Notes: generated by a model from the letters alone, not told the origin. A stretch of 36,599 nt of DNA from an uncultured Clostridia bacterium (GCA_944388555.1 CALXJH010000038.1:1-36599), one strand, 5' to 3'. Positions 10,701-19,355 are shown, counted from the first letter of the stretch. Made by a program: numbers and translations.

Positions 10701-13536
10701 CTTCATATTGGATTGGTTCGTATACCGCGTAAAGCACCGTATCCCGATCAGGCATCGTATATGGCGATGATAGAATATCGGCAGTTGCTGCCGTTTCATT
10801 TTCTGCCCATCCAAGGAACACATATCCTTCTTTATGCGGCTGCGCGCTGGTAAGCGTAACACTGCTTCCGGCAGCCGGATATGTTACGCCCGCATAGGTA
10901 CTGAAAATCCCGCCGTTTGCATTGTATGAAAGCTCAGGATTTTTCTTCCATACTGCAAAAAGGGTGACAATAGAATTTCCCATTGTAAAACGATCACCCG
11001 GCTGATACTGCGCTGCAGCTGCATTGGATGTTTCCGCCCATCCGATAAATGTATAATTTTGGCGGGTCGGAACGGAAGAACTAAGTGTAATGGTTTCATC
11101 AACGTGCGCTTCCACAGCTGAAGGCGCTCCCTCACCGCCGTTGGCATCATATGTTACAGTATATTTATCTTTTTCAAGCCATGCCGCATATACATATGCT
11201 GTCTTTCCCTGCTCCGTTACAAGACCTGCCGAATAATCTGTATCGGCAATGTACATTGCCCAATTCTGCTCGTCATAAATATTCCAGCCTACAAAATTGT
11301 GATTTGCATAAGAAATTCCCAAGCTTTCGGCAGATGGCAGACGAAGTGCACCATAAGTAACATTGCTTATGGAACCGACATTCTCTCCTCTGCTGTAAAG
11401 CTGGATATTGTATGTAATCGGCGTCCAATATGCGTAAAGGGTAATCCCTTCCGTCATTTTATATGCTGCCGCAGAAGAACAATCCGCATTGTAATACTTC
11501 GTTCCGCCTCCATTCATTTCACTGAAATATCCGCCGAATATATAGCCAGGTTTATCCGGGGCAACGATGACCGGCATCTGGCTGTCATAGGTCGCTGTAA
11601 CCGTTACACCGCCGCTGCCGCCTTGCGCATTTAACATCACATCGTATGTATTGGGTATCCACTTGGCATAAAGTGTAATGCCGCTGTCTGTGTTGAAAGT
11701 TTTGGCAGATGCGCCGTTTGCGTAATAATACTGTACGCCTTCTCCGTTTATATTCTCAAAATATCCGTCAAACGTATAACCCTCTCTGGCAGGAGGCTCA
11801 ATTACAGGCAACGCCTGATCATAAGTTGCAGTGACGCTGTCTGTGCCGCCTATGCCGTTTTGCTTATCGAAAGTAACAGTATGTGCATTGGCAGTCCACG
11901 CCGCATAAAGCGTAAGTCCGTCTGTTTTATCGTATTTTCTGGCAGAAGTTGCATCCGCATTGTAATATTTCACACCGGCTCCGTTTTGCTCTGTATAATA
12001 TCCGCTGAAAGTGTAACCTGTTCGTACCGGTTTTGTGATTACCGGCATATCCTTTTCATAGGTTGCCGTAACCGTCCCGCTTCCTGAACCGCCCTGCGCA
12101 TCAAGGGTGACGGTATACTCCTTCGGCGTCCATTTTGCATAAAGCGTTATATTCCCGGTCTTGTCATAATTTTTTTCTGAATTTCCGTCATACTCATAAT
12201 ACTGCGTCCCTGAACCGTTTCTTTCGGTGTAATATCCTCCGAAAGTATATCCATCGCGGGCCGGAGGCGTAACAGACGGCAAACTTTCAAGATATACCGC
12301 GTCCATACGTTCCGTGCCGCCGCTGCCGCCTTGCATATCCAGCGTAATGGTATAGGTTTGCGGTAGTGCTGCAGCTGTAATTTCGATATTCCCTGTCGTT
12401 GCGGCGGAATTTATCAAAATTTGTCCCCCTGCCGAATCGTAGCTGTAATCGGTTATGACTCTGCCGTCTACTTTTACCGTAATACTACCCGGCAGCTTGT
12501 ATCCGGCGACAGGTGTGAGCGTTGCTGCATATGCCGTTTTATACTGCACGGTCGTATTTCCGGTAAGATTTAAATATGTAAGATTTTTTGCCACATTAAA
12601 AACAGATTTGTATAGAACATTTCCAACAGAAAGCCCTTCGTCTGAATAACTGTACTCGTTTCCCGCATCATCTCTGACTGAAAGTCCTGCTATTTTTTTA
12701 AGCTGCACGTTTGTATTTGTGCCTATATTGGCTAGGGTTGTTGTAAAATATACGGTTTGTCTGTCCGCGGAATAGGTGATGTCATAACTTACGTTTTCTG
12801 CGATTGACAAATCTATGGCCGGATTCTTGCTGACCGTCACAGGTTCGCTAAAATCAATCGCGTATGTAATCTCATCTTCCGGCATCACATAAGCCGGTAA
12901 GCTTGTATCATGATTTACCGCGTAAAGATAAGGAGCAGTTTGAACTGCCGGGGTCGTTTTGTCAAAGAAAATCATACTAAACTCATACATACCAAAGAAG
13001 GCTCCGCCATTACCCAAGGTTTCCCTGCCCTCATACACAATATAAGAGGTACCGGCAGGAATGGGCGACTCCCCTATCGTTAAAGTCTCCGTTCTGCCGC
13101 TAATGGAATATTTTGAATAACGATCATTGTAGGTTACTAAAACAGCGCCTGCGGCATTATAACAAATAATATTTAAATTTGCTGTAAGGTTTCTCGAACC
13201 CTGTGCATAAAATTTACCCGAAGCCGACAATGTTAATTCTCCGTTGTTTGCACGGATGACATCCGCATCGGTCAGAGTCACTCTCTGTCTTACAGCAATA
13301 TTTTCCCCTGTTCTTGCGCCGATTATATATCGGTCATCCTTGCCCAGTCCCAGATATTTGCCATAAGAACAGTTTTCACGCTCCCAATAATCGTTTGATG
13401 TAGGATATGGGTTCAGTAATACATTGGTACCGTAACCATAAACGCTTGCCTCTGCCGCAGCCGGCAGCACCATTGATGGTATGAACGACACAACCATACA
13501 TAGTACCGTAAATAGTGATATCATTCTTTGCTTCAT
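4759..13536 (-). CDS. Giant (2925 aa) secreted, SLH-anchored cell-surface protein with many Listeria-Bacteroides-type (Flg_new-like) repeats
   Basis: - RBS GAGGAGAAG upstream of the ATG.
- Signal peptide MKQRMISLFTVLCMVVSFIPSMVLPAAAEA.
- A roughly 190-aa N-terminal beta-rich domain.
- About 19 repeats ending in an (L/V)YA.W motif (GYTF.GW...G..Y....TLYAKW), by my count.
- About 7 interspersed Ig-like modules.
- A Gly/Ser linker, SGGSSGGGSGSSSTGGGNSGGSSGTGS.
- Three C-terminal SLH motifs (FDDVKQDDWYY..., FEDVDAKAYYAEAV..., FNNISAYAIPSVQY...). Confidence 0.95.
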   Translation of the reverse strand: MKQRMISLFTVLCMVVSFIPSMVLPAAAEASVYGYGTNVLLNPYPTSNDYWERENCSYGKYLGLGKDDRYIIGARTGENIAVRQRVTLTDADVIRANNGELTLSASGKFYAQGSRNLTANLNIICYNAAGAVLVTYNDRYSKYSISGRTETLTIGESPIPAGTSYIVYEGRETLGNGGAFFGMYEFSMIFFDKTTPAVQTAPYLYAVNHDTSLPAYVMPEDEITYAIDFSEPVTVSKNPAIDLSIAENVSYDITYSADRQTVYFTTTLANIGTNTNVQLKKIAGLSVRDDAGNEYSYSDEGLSVGNVLYKSVFNVAKNLTYLNLTGNTTVQYKTAYAATLTPVAGYKLPGSITVKVDGRVITDYSYDSAGGQILINSAATTGNIEITAAALPQTYTITLDMQGGSGGTERMDAVYLESLPSVTPPARDGYTFGGYYTERNGSGTQYYEYDGNSEKNYDKTGNITLYAKWTPKEYTVTLDAQGGSGSGTVTATYEKDMPVITKPVRTGYTFSGYYTEQNGAGVKYYNADATSARKYDKTDGLTLYAAWTANAHTVTFDKQNGIGGTDSVTATYDQALPVIEPPAREGYTFDGYFENINGEGVQYYYANGASAKTFNTDSGITLYAKWIPNTYDVMLNAQGGSGGVTVTATYDSQMPVIVAPDKPGYIFGGYFSEMNGGGTKYYNADCSSAAAYKMTEGITLYAYWTPITYNIQLYSRGENVGSISNVTYGALRLPSAESLGISYANHNFVGWNIYDEQNWAMYIADTDYSAGLVTEQGKTAYVYAAWLEKDKYTVTYDANGGEGAPSAVEAHVDETITLSSSVPTRQNYTFIGWAETSNAAAAQYQPGDRFTMGNSIVTLFAVWKKNPELSYNANGGIFSTYAGVTYPAAGSSVTLTSAQPHKEGYVFLGWAENETAATADILSSPYTMPDRDTVLYAVYEPIQYEVKTSAASGYSINGIDADGYKFGEYAEFTVSGANPKVYINGVRVLPDDGKYRFEVRGNSSVVVSDSSSVNVIYHANGGMNAPVDMKVYTNGNTAYITSVQPDRTGYIFSGWSKTPDFAGTIYHGGDTILMSAEDAVLYAVWEPINYTVKYNANGGSGIMTSSSAAYDQEFALAGNIFQKDGNQFAGWSYAPNGEIAYVDGAVVKNLADVQGTEITLYAVWESAKTTVLFCSEGGTSGTPSCEVEYGQILPNEGLMAPKRYGFIFAGYYTSANKAGELVYDQNMNLSDYYKTNPWNSVSSEFYLYAAWEPVKYNVAFINGAGAIVSEMEAVYGQSFSLPKADMLEISVPEGYSFKGWSIASGSDTVYYRDGQEITTGLTGENTSTVYLYAVILKNETYTVTLPSSGEGYHVYYDGNELTTEKDVTVSGNEELSFSVSVEDGYSADKMAVLANGIMLGAVQTSANTYSYNIKNISADTSVNLYNVTKETFSIILNDGTGYSVSPKNTTVESGKNFSFAVTLKDGYKTAVPVVYVNGQTLDGTRNGDVFTYTVTSVKAQPVISISVTPNPQYTVTFVSNGSIFLISTVEAGLKVSQPIAPDRYGYTFGGWYIDKDCNQPYDFQTDITSAVTLYAKWIANTYTVEYDENTTEPVLVPGNQTKLHDTVLALSSDIPARTGYTFTGWNTKADGTGTSYRAGDELNLNSNITLYAQWEINRYAVSLVMGDGVNGSISANEVAYNGTVKITAASADGYDVPVITAIPQENAVLISDGNYQITGPVCFVATADAKTIYTAEFYYSGGLYYTQSSIEGNADTIILPNPPEKQGYTFIGWFSQPAGGTEINESTILDQNMSVYAQFTANTLHVTPAQSGSGYTVASTNSTNVAYGGNYTFNVTIAEHYNAENMRVYANGVLLTPSVSGNVYTYTLQNISADQTITVTGVEIDQHTVTYVVDGQVYTTETVNYGEKITEPLAPSKQGVAFAGWASGGVIWDYENDTLTSDITFTAQWSDNVYTVTPAQSGSGYTVASTDSTNVAYGGNYTFNVTIAEHYNAENMRVYANGVLLTPSVSGNVYTYTLQNISADQTITVTGVEIDQHTVTYVVDGQVYRENNVVYGSKLTLPANPSKEGMRFAGWAYETSIWDFDNDIVECDMTLIAQWEILTYHVTLPSSNAAYTVTGNGDMVQYGGEYSFAVAVASGYNMDNIIILSNGTELSPVSIDGDVIYCTISNITENITVTIRGIGIDTYAITYHSAVTEYVANMPEGQIKEHGGSIILSNLEPQRYGYTFEGWAAKADGEVIYNPGAEYTVDEDLDLYAVWVPMTYTITYETNGGMINSGAVNAYVYSVGAVLPTDVTKDGFDFIGWYDNEFFEGVRVTTITPTDSGNKKYYANYSVSDVIPNSYEGEYDGNAHILEYALVNELTVQTYQWYFKATGTTSFVPVESDSALFYMVRNVSDSGEYYCYVEALQNGYVVRFNTGTATVHITKKPLSIKANDAEKCYDALPLTSGEFAFTDGTNPVSGHIVDVTMTAASTITNAGTTENAVQDVAVYDMNHNDVTANYEIKHTPGTLTVTKLPLTIEGNTVSKYKNTSVTESELYKISGTLNSEKLSLDNVSLAITNSKGQTFNSLEDIITEIGTYTVVITFNGITGDSCENYIGSGSIISNITVKARPSGGSSGGGSGSSSTGGGNSGGSSGTGSENTASNYVISFDTNGAEKIENVTVVENQILNEPEKPDREGYIFEGWYTDKALTTEYNFSSKVTKSFTLYAKWTKNITDNDDDSGNQSGDEPSDEDNLAWENPFDDVKQDDWYYDDVCYAVENALFNGTTNKTFDPNGIITRAMLVTVLYRAEGNPEVTGTVTFEDVDAKAYYAEAVVWGQQNGIIKGYSETEFAPDQNIIREQIAAIIHRYAKYKGIDTTDKEGTNILSYIDFNNISAYAIPSVQYVVGSDLMKGKSTTTFNPNDNATRAEIAAILHRLNNTNKE
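7393..8122 (-). repeat. Intragenic tandem duplication with a 450-bp period; two copies of about 280 bp at about 94 percent identity
   Basis: 7393-7672 aligns with 7843-8122 with about 16 mismatches by hand alignment. The encoded 92-aa modules (TPAQSGSGYTVAST(N/D)STNVAYGG...HTVTYVVDGQVY) differ at one residue. Confidence 0.9.
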
Positions 13537-13572
13537 TACACACTTCTCCTCATTTTTACTTTACAACGCCTA

Positions 13573-13601
13573 TTGATTTTTAACAGCTTATATAATATAA
13601 T
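13573..13601 (+). promoter_or_regulatory. Candidate sigma-A promoter for the MerR-family gene
   Basis: TTGATT at 13573-13578, a 17-nt spacer, and TATAAT at 13596-13601. It lies 54 nt upstream of the ATG at 13655. Confidence 0.5.
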
Positions 13602-13611
13602 AATTATATCA

Positions 13612-13627
13612 TGTTCACCCGTGAACA
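13612..13627. promoter_or_regulatory. Perfect 7-bp inverted repeat (TGTTCAC-CC-GTGAACA); candidate operator or 5'-UTR hairpin
   Basis: Seen directly in the sequence between the candidate -10 and the MerR-family start codon, inside the divergent intergenic region shared with the giant gene. Confidence 0.35.
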
Positions 13628-13654
13628 AGTCAATATTTTTTAAGAAGGGATTTT

Positions 13655-14449
13655 ATGAAAAGTTTATTTATGGTAAACCAAGTGGTTAAAAGCTGCGGCA
13701 TCTCACGAGCTACTATTTTACGTTTGGAGGCAAAGGGGCTGCTGACGCCTGCTTTGGTAGACCAAGAGACCGGATACCGCTATTATGACAACCACAATAT
13801 AAGCAAAATTCTGCAAATCAAAAGTTTTTTAAATATGGGCTTGAGTTATGATGAAATACTGTTGTATTACACCTCTAACGGGAGTTCTGAAAAACTTTTA
13901 AAAAAAATCGAAAACAGATATCTTCTTGCGAAAGACACTTATGAGGAAATGAAACTTCGTACACAAAAAGAGATAAAAATGACCTATGAATTTATAACTT
14001 TACCCGAATATGTATGTTATCAAAAGGAGTATTCCGGCACTACTGTAGGTGACAGATACACAAATATGTACAATCTTTTTCACGAAGTGATCACAAAAGG
14101 ATACAGGCCGCTTCCGTCAGGACCATTATTTGTGATCAATAAGCGTACAGATTTTATTGAAAACAAATTTATAAACACCCCGTGTGATTTTGTTTGCTGT
14201 GTGCCGCTTGAACCGGCTTATGCTCCGAAAAAGGCTGTGGTTTATCCAAGCTGCCATGCATTTTCATGCCTGTATCACGGCGACTATACTGACGTTGCGC
14301 ACATATACAATGAATTCGGTGAAAAAATCCGTGAACTTAATATTAAACCAACAGACTATATGCGAACGATTGCTATAGTTGCGCCCTACACCGGCAGAGA
14401 TATAAATACAGACAATTATGTAACACGACTTGCTATTCCTATTGATTGA
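13655..14449 (+). CDS. MerR-family transcriptional regulator with a GyrI-like (BmrR-type) effector-binding domain
   Basis: N-terminal MerR HTH (VVKSCGISRATILRLEAKGLLTP...TGYRYYDNHNISKILQIKSFLNMGLSYDEI) and a coiled linker. The C-terminal ~150 aa have a GyrI-like pattern. Confidence 0.9.
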   Translation: MKSLFMVNQVVKSCGISRATILRLEAKGLLTPALVDQETGYRYYDNHNISKILQIKSFLNMGLSYDEILLYYTSNGSSEKLLKKIENRYLLAKDTYEEMKLRTQKEIKMTYEFITLPEYVCYQKEYSGTTVGDRYTNMYNLFHEVITKGYRPLPSGPLFVINKRTDFIENKFINTPCDFVCCVPLEPAYAPKKAVVYPSCHAFSCLYHGDYTDVAHIYNEFGEKIRELNIKPTDYMRTIAIVAPYTGRDINTDNYVTRLAIPID

Positions 14450-14535
14450 TCGTAACTCGATGGATAACAGCAGTACCATTTACAGGCTGTCTTTTTTATA
14501 AATTATAAATACAGTAATCAATATCTATCCGATGA

Positions 14536-14567
14536 AATAAAAAAGACGATGTTACAAGCACATCGTC
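14536..14567 (-). terminator. Rho-independent terminator of the hydrolase-MATE operon
   Basis: gacgatgt (14545-14552) pairs with acatcgtc (14560-14567). The minus strand continues with TTTTTTATTT. Confidence 0.75.
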
Positions 14568-14628
14568 ATAGATATTCAAGGAAACAATCTTTCGCTGCCG
14601 TTCTTCTTTTTCTCTTGATACATATGAA

Positions 14629-15951
14629 TCAGATAATATTTGTATTAAGCCACTTTTCTTTTCGAAACTCAATAAAATAGCAAATATCTCGAACAAGATA
14701 ATCCACAAGCAAGCCTGCCATTAACCCTAAAATTCCTAAATTGCAATAAACACAAAGAAAATATGCAATTGGTATACGAATGAGCCATGGCGATATCAGA
14801 TTTAACAGCAGCACAATTGCGGCACGTCCACCCGTTTTAATTGCGCCCTGTATCCCCTGAAAAAAGGAGGTAAGCGGAACAAACAGAAGTAAAATTCTAA
14901 GGATCGGGATTCCGTTTGAAATCAGTTCCGGATCGCTTGAAAAAATCATTAGAAAATATTTTGGAAATAAAAGCATAGGAACCGACAGCAGGCAAGTGAT
15001 TATCTCATTGAGTTTGAAAATGCTGCAGGCTATTGTTTTTGCTTCTTTTTTTGCATTCCGGCCTAATTCCACACCCGCCAAAGTTATTTGTGCCGTTTCA
15101 AATCCAAAACTTACAGCGAATATAATATTAACTACATTGTTGGCAAGCTGATATCCGCCAACCGCCATTTCACTGATATGTGCTGTTATTAACTGCATTC
15201 CTAAGAAACCGAGCTGAAGCATCAGCTGTTCGCACATCGTTATATTGCCATAAGATACAATCAATTTGATATATCGAGCGGAAAATTTATATAAACGACG
15301 TATTTTAAGTTCAAACCTTCCGCAAAAAACAGCTGCAAGCCGCATGATGCCGCCCAGCATTCTGGATATTAAAAAAGCTACCGCGACACCCTGTATACCC
15401 ATCTTTAAAACAAAAACAAGCAATATTCCCAATAGGATGTTCACTACATTGGTACATATAGTTAAGTATAAAGGCAGCTTCGCATTCCCTGCTCCCCGAA
15501 AGCATGCGGAAATGCCTATATCTACCCCCATCAGCGGAACCGCCCATAAAGAAATACGGAAGTACTGCTCTGAAAGCAAACGGATAGACGGCGTCATATT
15601 TTGAAACAACAGATTCAATATTCTTTCGCCGGCAACCGCACTGATTAGCAAAACAAAAATACTGATGGCGAAATTGATGAGCAGCGTATGATACATGATA
15701 CAGCTGGCCTCATCATGGTTTTCTGTTTTACTGAAACGCGTAACCAAAATGGCAGCTCCTACAGACAGCCCTGTAAACATAGACTGAATAATTTCGTAAA
15801 TTGTATTTGCGATAGAGACAACAACCAATTCTTGCGTGCCCACTCTGCCGATAATTATGATGCCGGCAAGACCGGTGAGCAGCAGCAAAATGCGTTCTGC
15901 CGCAACCGGAACTGCAATATTTAATATGTTTTTTAAGCTGCCCTCTTTCAC
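14629..15951 (-). CDS. MATE (MOP superfamily) transporter
   Basis: 440 aa and highly hydrophobic, with about 12 predicted helices and a typical MATE N-terminus (NILNIAVPVAAERILLLLTGLAGIIIIGRVG). The GTG start at 15949-15951 directly abuts the upstream TAA, so the start is not certain. Confidence 0.88.
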   Translation of the reverse strand: MKEGSLKNILNIAVPVAAERILLLLTGLAGIIIIGRVGTQELVVVSIANTIYEIIQSMFTGLSVGAAILVTRFSKTENHDEASCIMYHTLLINFAISIFVLLISAVAGERILNLLFQNMTPSIRLLSEQYFRISLWAVPLMGVDIGISACFRGAGNAKLPLYLTICTNVVNILLGILLVFVLKMGIQGVAVAFLISRMLGGIMRLAAVFCGRFELKIRRLYKFSARYIKLIVSYGNITMCEQLMLQLGFLGMQLITAHISEMAVGGYQLANNVVNIIFAVSFGFETAQITLAGVELGRNAKKEAKTIACSIFKLNEIITCLLSVPMLLFPKYFLMIFSSDPELISNGIPILRILLLFVPLTSFFQGIQGAIKTGGRAAIVLLLNLISPWLIRIPIAYFLCVYCNLGILGLMAGLLVDYLVRDICYFIEFRKEKWLNTNII

Positions 15952-18318
15952 TTAATCGTCACTGCCCCATTCTATTTTTTCAAATCCAAAACATGTATTC
16001 AAGGTATCAGGCGTGGATCTCCAGGAAACATTTTCTGTGTTCTTATCCCAATAAGCAGTATCCGCAAAAATAGGTGCAATGAATGATGACTGCTCCATTT
16101 TTATACGCAATGACATTTCTTTAAATTTTTGAGGAATTTTCAGCTGATACGGTTCGTATAGACATGTTCCAATTTTTTCGCCATTAAAATAAATCTGGAG
16201 CGGCAATTTTGCACCCACAATTCTAATCACTTTTGCATTAGATGGCACATACACTGTTGACTCAAAACAAATTTCCCCAAAATCACGAATTTTTTGACCG
16301 TGCTTATATATTTGGACACGTCTGTCTAACGCCGCTGCACACATCGTTCCTGTTTTAAATTCATATTGAAATTTACCGCAGATAAAAAGCGTAGGAAGAT
16401 ATTTGAAATCTTGCCCTGCTGTTATAATATGCCGCCCGGCTTTTAACACAATCTCTTTTGTCTGATGATATAATCCCTTTAATCCATCCGGCAAAAGATG
16501 GGCTTTCTCCCTTGCTTCTAAAGGTTTTCCGTCTAGCAAAACAGGAACATCACATTTATATGTACGCAAAGCGAAAACAATTGTTAAGTCTTGTTTAATT
16601 TCTAATGCAAATGAATCCTGTTGATTAACGAACATCGCACGGATGATATTATCGTTTGCATAAGTAATATCTGTTTCCGATAACGCCGCCTGTGAAAAGA
16701 TTTGCCCGTTTTCGGAGGAACAATTAAGCTCTTTAAAAATTGAAACCCCATGCAGAACAAAAGAAACGCCTTCAAAATATAACGTTCTGGCTTCATTTCC
16801 ATCTAAATCAATAATAACTTTGGTCCCGTCATTATATTTCCTTACAAATATACCCTCGGGAACGTTACCAGCTGCATCGGTAATAATCGGCTGAGCAGAT
16901 AAAAACCGCCTTATTTCATCGAGTGTACACGTTTGGTATCCGTTCAGACAATATTGAAAATCAGAATTCATAGAAATTACCGGAATCGTTGATTCCATAA
17001 AATCATCCGATTCGTCTATAAACTGCCACTGGATCTGCTCTGCACTTAAAACATTCAGCAAACGAATAAATAAATCATCCTTGTTGTCAATAAACAGCCG
17101 CTTTGCACAGGCATCCACCGGATATTTTATATAAACAGAAGGTGTGAAACTTTTCCGTGCCAGCTCTGCCGCAAATTCTGCATCTTTCGCTAAATATTTT
17201 ACATACGTAAAATTTGGCTGGGAAGGCGAAAAATCATTATAAAAGTCTTTAATAGAGGCATTTCCGCGCATATCCATATGTGAAATAGCCAAAAAATAAT
17301 TTGCGATTTTAAAACATGCGGCAAAATAAATGAACCTCCTTCTATCAGAAAAGCACATATCGCATGGTCCCAGTGAAAAAATCTCTGCCATCGCTCCGTA
17401 TTTGCTGTTTCTGCCTGCATATTCAGCAACACCAAACAAAGAAAATATATGGTCTGATTTGAAATTTGAAACCAATTCATCAATACCAGGCACATCAAAA
17501 GCCACAATTTGTTTCAAGATATTACCACTTGCTTTTATTGCCTTAAACGGCGTATCATCGGCTAACAAATGACCTGTCAACAAAATATTATGCGCTCTGC
17601 ACCAATCAGAAAGAGCAGAGAAATAACTTTTGTTAAACCGATCTGTAATAAGAGAGAAACAATTCGGAATCAGATCGGAATCCAGCGTGGGATTTTTGCT
17701 ATATTTTTTGATTGCTTGAAACATATCTGACCCATTTTTTTTTGCATACTCTATTTCCATATGTGTGTAGTAGGGAATGTCTTGATCAGAACATGCGTAA
17801 GAAACAGACGGCTCATCTGTAAAAATACCTTTGATTACCGTTCCGAAATATTGTTTGAAATGTTTATAATATTGCTCATGCGTATTTTCTATAAAAAACT
17901 TTACCGTCTCGAATGAAAACAAATCGGGAAATCTGCCATAGTCAAAAAAGTCCCCGCTTTTAGCGCCTTTATGGATACTTCCAGCAGAATCACCAATTAC
18001 AGATATCGATTTTAAAAGAAAGGCATTATGTTTTGTTACCAACCCTTTACACTGTCCCGACGGCCAGTTAAAATCATCGTATAACCATATCTTCATATTG
18101 AGCCTTTCGGCGCAAGCAAGGAAATGACCAATTGTATCAAACCACTCGGTTTCCATGTATCGAAGCTCACATCCGCTTCGCGGGTATAACATAACCTGAA
18201 AAATTGATACTGCTTTTATATCCTTTAAGGTCTTTTCTATTTGTGCCTTTGTCGGCTTACCCGTCACTGCGAGCATCAATATAAGTGCGCCGTCTGCTTT
18301 TGAAATTGCGTTTTGCAT
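15952..18318 (-). CDS. Putative cytoplasmic glycoside hydrolase (family not resolvable by eye)
   Basis: 788 aa with no signal peptide. The N-terminal region (KIWLYDDFNWPSG) resembles TIM-barrel glycosidases. The C-terminal beta-sandwich modules resemble the partial ORF at 2..733. Confidence 0.8.
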   Translation of the reverse strand: MQNAISKADGALILMLAVTGKPTKAQIEKTLKDIKAVSIFQVMLYPRSGCELRYMETEWFDTIGHFLACAERLNMKIWLYDDFNWPSGQCKGLVTKHNAFLLKSISVIGDSAGSIHKGAKSGDFFDYGRFPDLFSFETVKFFIENTHEQYYKHFKQYFGTVIKGIFTDEPSVSYACSDQDIPYYTHMEIEYAKKNGSDMFQAIKKYSKNPTLDSDLIPNCFSLITDRFNKSYFSALSDWCRAHNILLTGHLLADDTPFKAIKASGNILKQIVAFDVPGIDELVSNFKSDHIFSLFGVAEYAGRNSKYGAMAEIFSLGPCDMCFSDRRRFIYFAACFKIANYFLAISHMDMRGNASIKDFYNDFSPSQPNFTYVKYLAKDAEFAAELARKSFTPSVYIKYPVDACAKRLFIDNKDDLFIRLLNVLSAEQIQWQFIDESDDFMESTIPVISMNSDFQYCLNGYQTCTLDEIRRFLSAQPIITDAAGNVPEGIFVRKYNDGTKVIIDLDGNEARTLYFEGVSFVLHGVSIFKELNCSSENGQIFSQAALSETDITYANDNIIRAMFVNQQDSFALEIKQDLTIVFALRTYKCDVPVLLDGKPLEAREKAHLLPDGLKGLYHQTKEIVLKAGRHIITAGQDFKYLPTLFICGKFQYEFKTGTMCAAALDRRVQIYKHGQKIRDFGEICFESTVYVPSNAKVIRIVGAKLPLQIYFNGEKIGTCLYEPYQLKIPQKFKEMSLRIKMEQSSFIAPIFADTAYWDKNTENVSWRSTPDTLNTCFGFEKIEWGSDD

Positions 18319-18492
18319 ACTAAATTAGAAATAATATACACATAACAAATGTTTGTGTAATTATTGACCCCTTTCTTCTATATATGCCTTTTTTTATATC
18401 ACTGGTATTGATTTTAACAAAATCATATGATAAAATCAATACGAAATGCAAAAAACTATTTGTTAAAAACAAAGATTTTTTACGGAGGCACT

Positions 18493-19326
18493 ATGTTTTC
18501 AAAAATCAACCCATTTGTTCGCTATATTTCAAAATCAAACTTTGTACTAAACTGCGGTTTTGTTGTTGCAAATGATTGCCGGATGCTGTACATAATTTCG
18601 GGCAGAGGAAAATTCATAACGGATCATGATGCTGTATTATTATCCCCAGGCGCTTTGGTTTATTACCCCTATGGAATGCCATATTATATTGAATCCGATC
18701 CGGAAAAACCACTCCTATTTTATACACTTAACTTTGATTTTACAACAGATTTTTCCCATGTCAAAGATGTACAAATGCCCACTCGTTTAAACACTGCCGG
18801 AAGCAATAAATTTTTAAAGAGTCTAGATGGTTTGGAAAATAACTTTTTCAGGAAAAAACATTTTATAAAACAGGCACCTTTCATTGAGCACGAGTTCCGA
18901 ACAATCTATGACGAAGGACTGTATCGCCGCGAAGAATATGCTCTTATGCAGAGTCTGCACCTGAAAAGCATTCTTGTGTGGCTGCATCGGACGAACGCAA
19001 GTGCTTCTTATGAACCGCTGATACAACATGTCACAGAGTTTATCCATGAAAATTTGAGTAATGATATCAACAATCAAACGATTGCTGCCGCTTTTGGTTA
19101 CCATCCATATTATTTAAACACGCTGATTCAAAAAACAGAGGGAATATCGTTACATAAATATCTACTCAGAACACGCTTAATCAAAGCTTATGAATTAGTA
19201 ACTACAACACACTTAAACTTAGCAGAAATTGCCGAAAGGTGTGGTTTTAAAACACAAGCACACATGTCTGCTGCATTTAAAAAAATGTATGGAAAGTCTC
19301 CCCTTTCCTTTAGAGTCAGAATATAA
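18493..19326 (+). CDS. AraC-family transcriptional regulator (cupin sensor plus HTH)
   Basis: C-terminal AraC HTH (LAEIAERCGFKTQAHMSAAFKKMYGKSPLSFR). I prefer the ATG at 18493, which sits 4 nt after GGAGG (18484-18488), over the ORF-track start at 18427. Confidence 0.9.
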   Translation: MFSKINPFVRYISKSNFVLNCGFVVANDCRMLYIISGRGKFITDHDAVLLSPGALVYYPYGMPYYIESDPEKPLLFYTLNFDFTTDFSHVKDVQMPTRLNTAGSNKFLKSLDGLENNFFRKKHFIKQAPFIEHEFRTIYDEGLYRREEYALMQSLHLKSILVWLHRTNASASYEPLIQHVTEFIHENLSNDINNQTIAAAFGYHPYYLNTLIQKTEGISLHKYLLRTRLIKAYELVTTTHLNLAEIAERCGFKTQAHMSAAFKKMYGKSPLSFRVRI

Positions 19327-19331
19327 TCAAT

Positions 19332-19355
19332 AAAAGAGCCGATAACGGCTCTTTT
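19332..19355. terminator. Bidirectional terminator between the AraC gene and the collagen-like gene
   Basis: aaaagagccg-ataa-cggctctttt, with A/T runs on both sides. Confidence 0.75.

Noticed and set aside
4723-12649. Many 60-175-aa plus-strand ORFs (for example 4723..5247, 6481..6774, 10171..10530 and 11299..11634) and short minus-strand ORFs inside the giant gene
   Set aside because: All lie within the 2925-aa ORF in other frames or on the other strand. They are Cys/Ile/Arg-rich with no RBS or recognisable motifs. They are frame shadows of a long repetitive gene.
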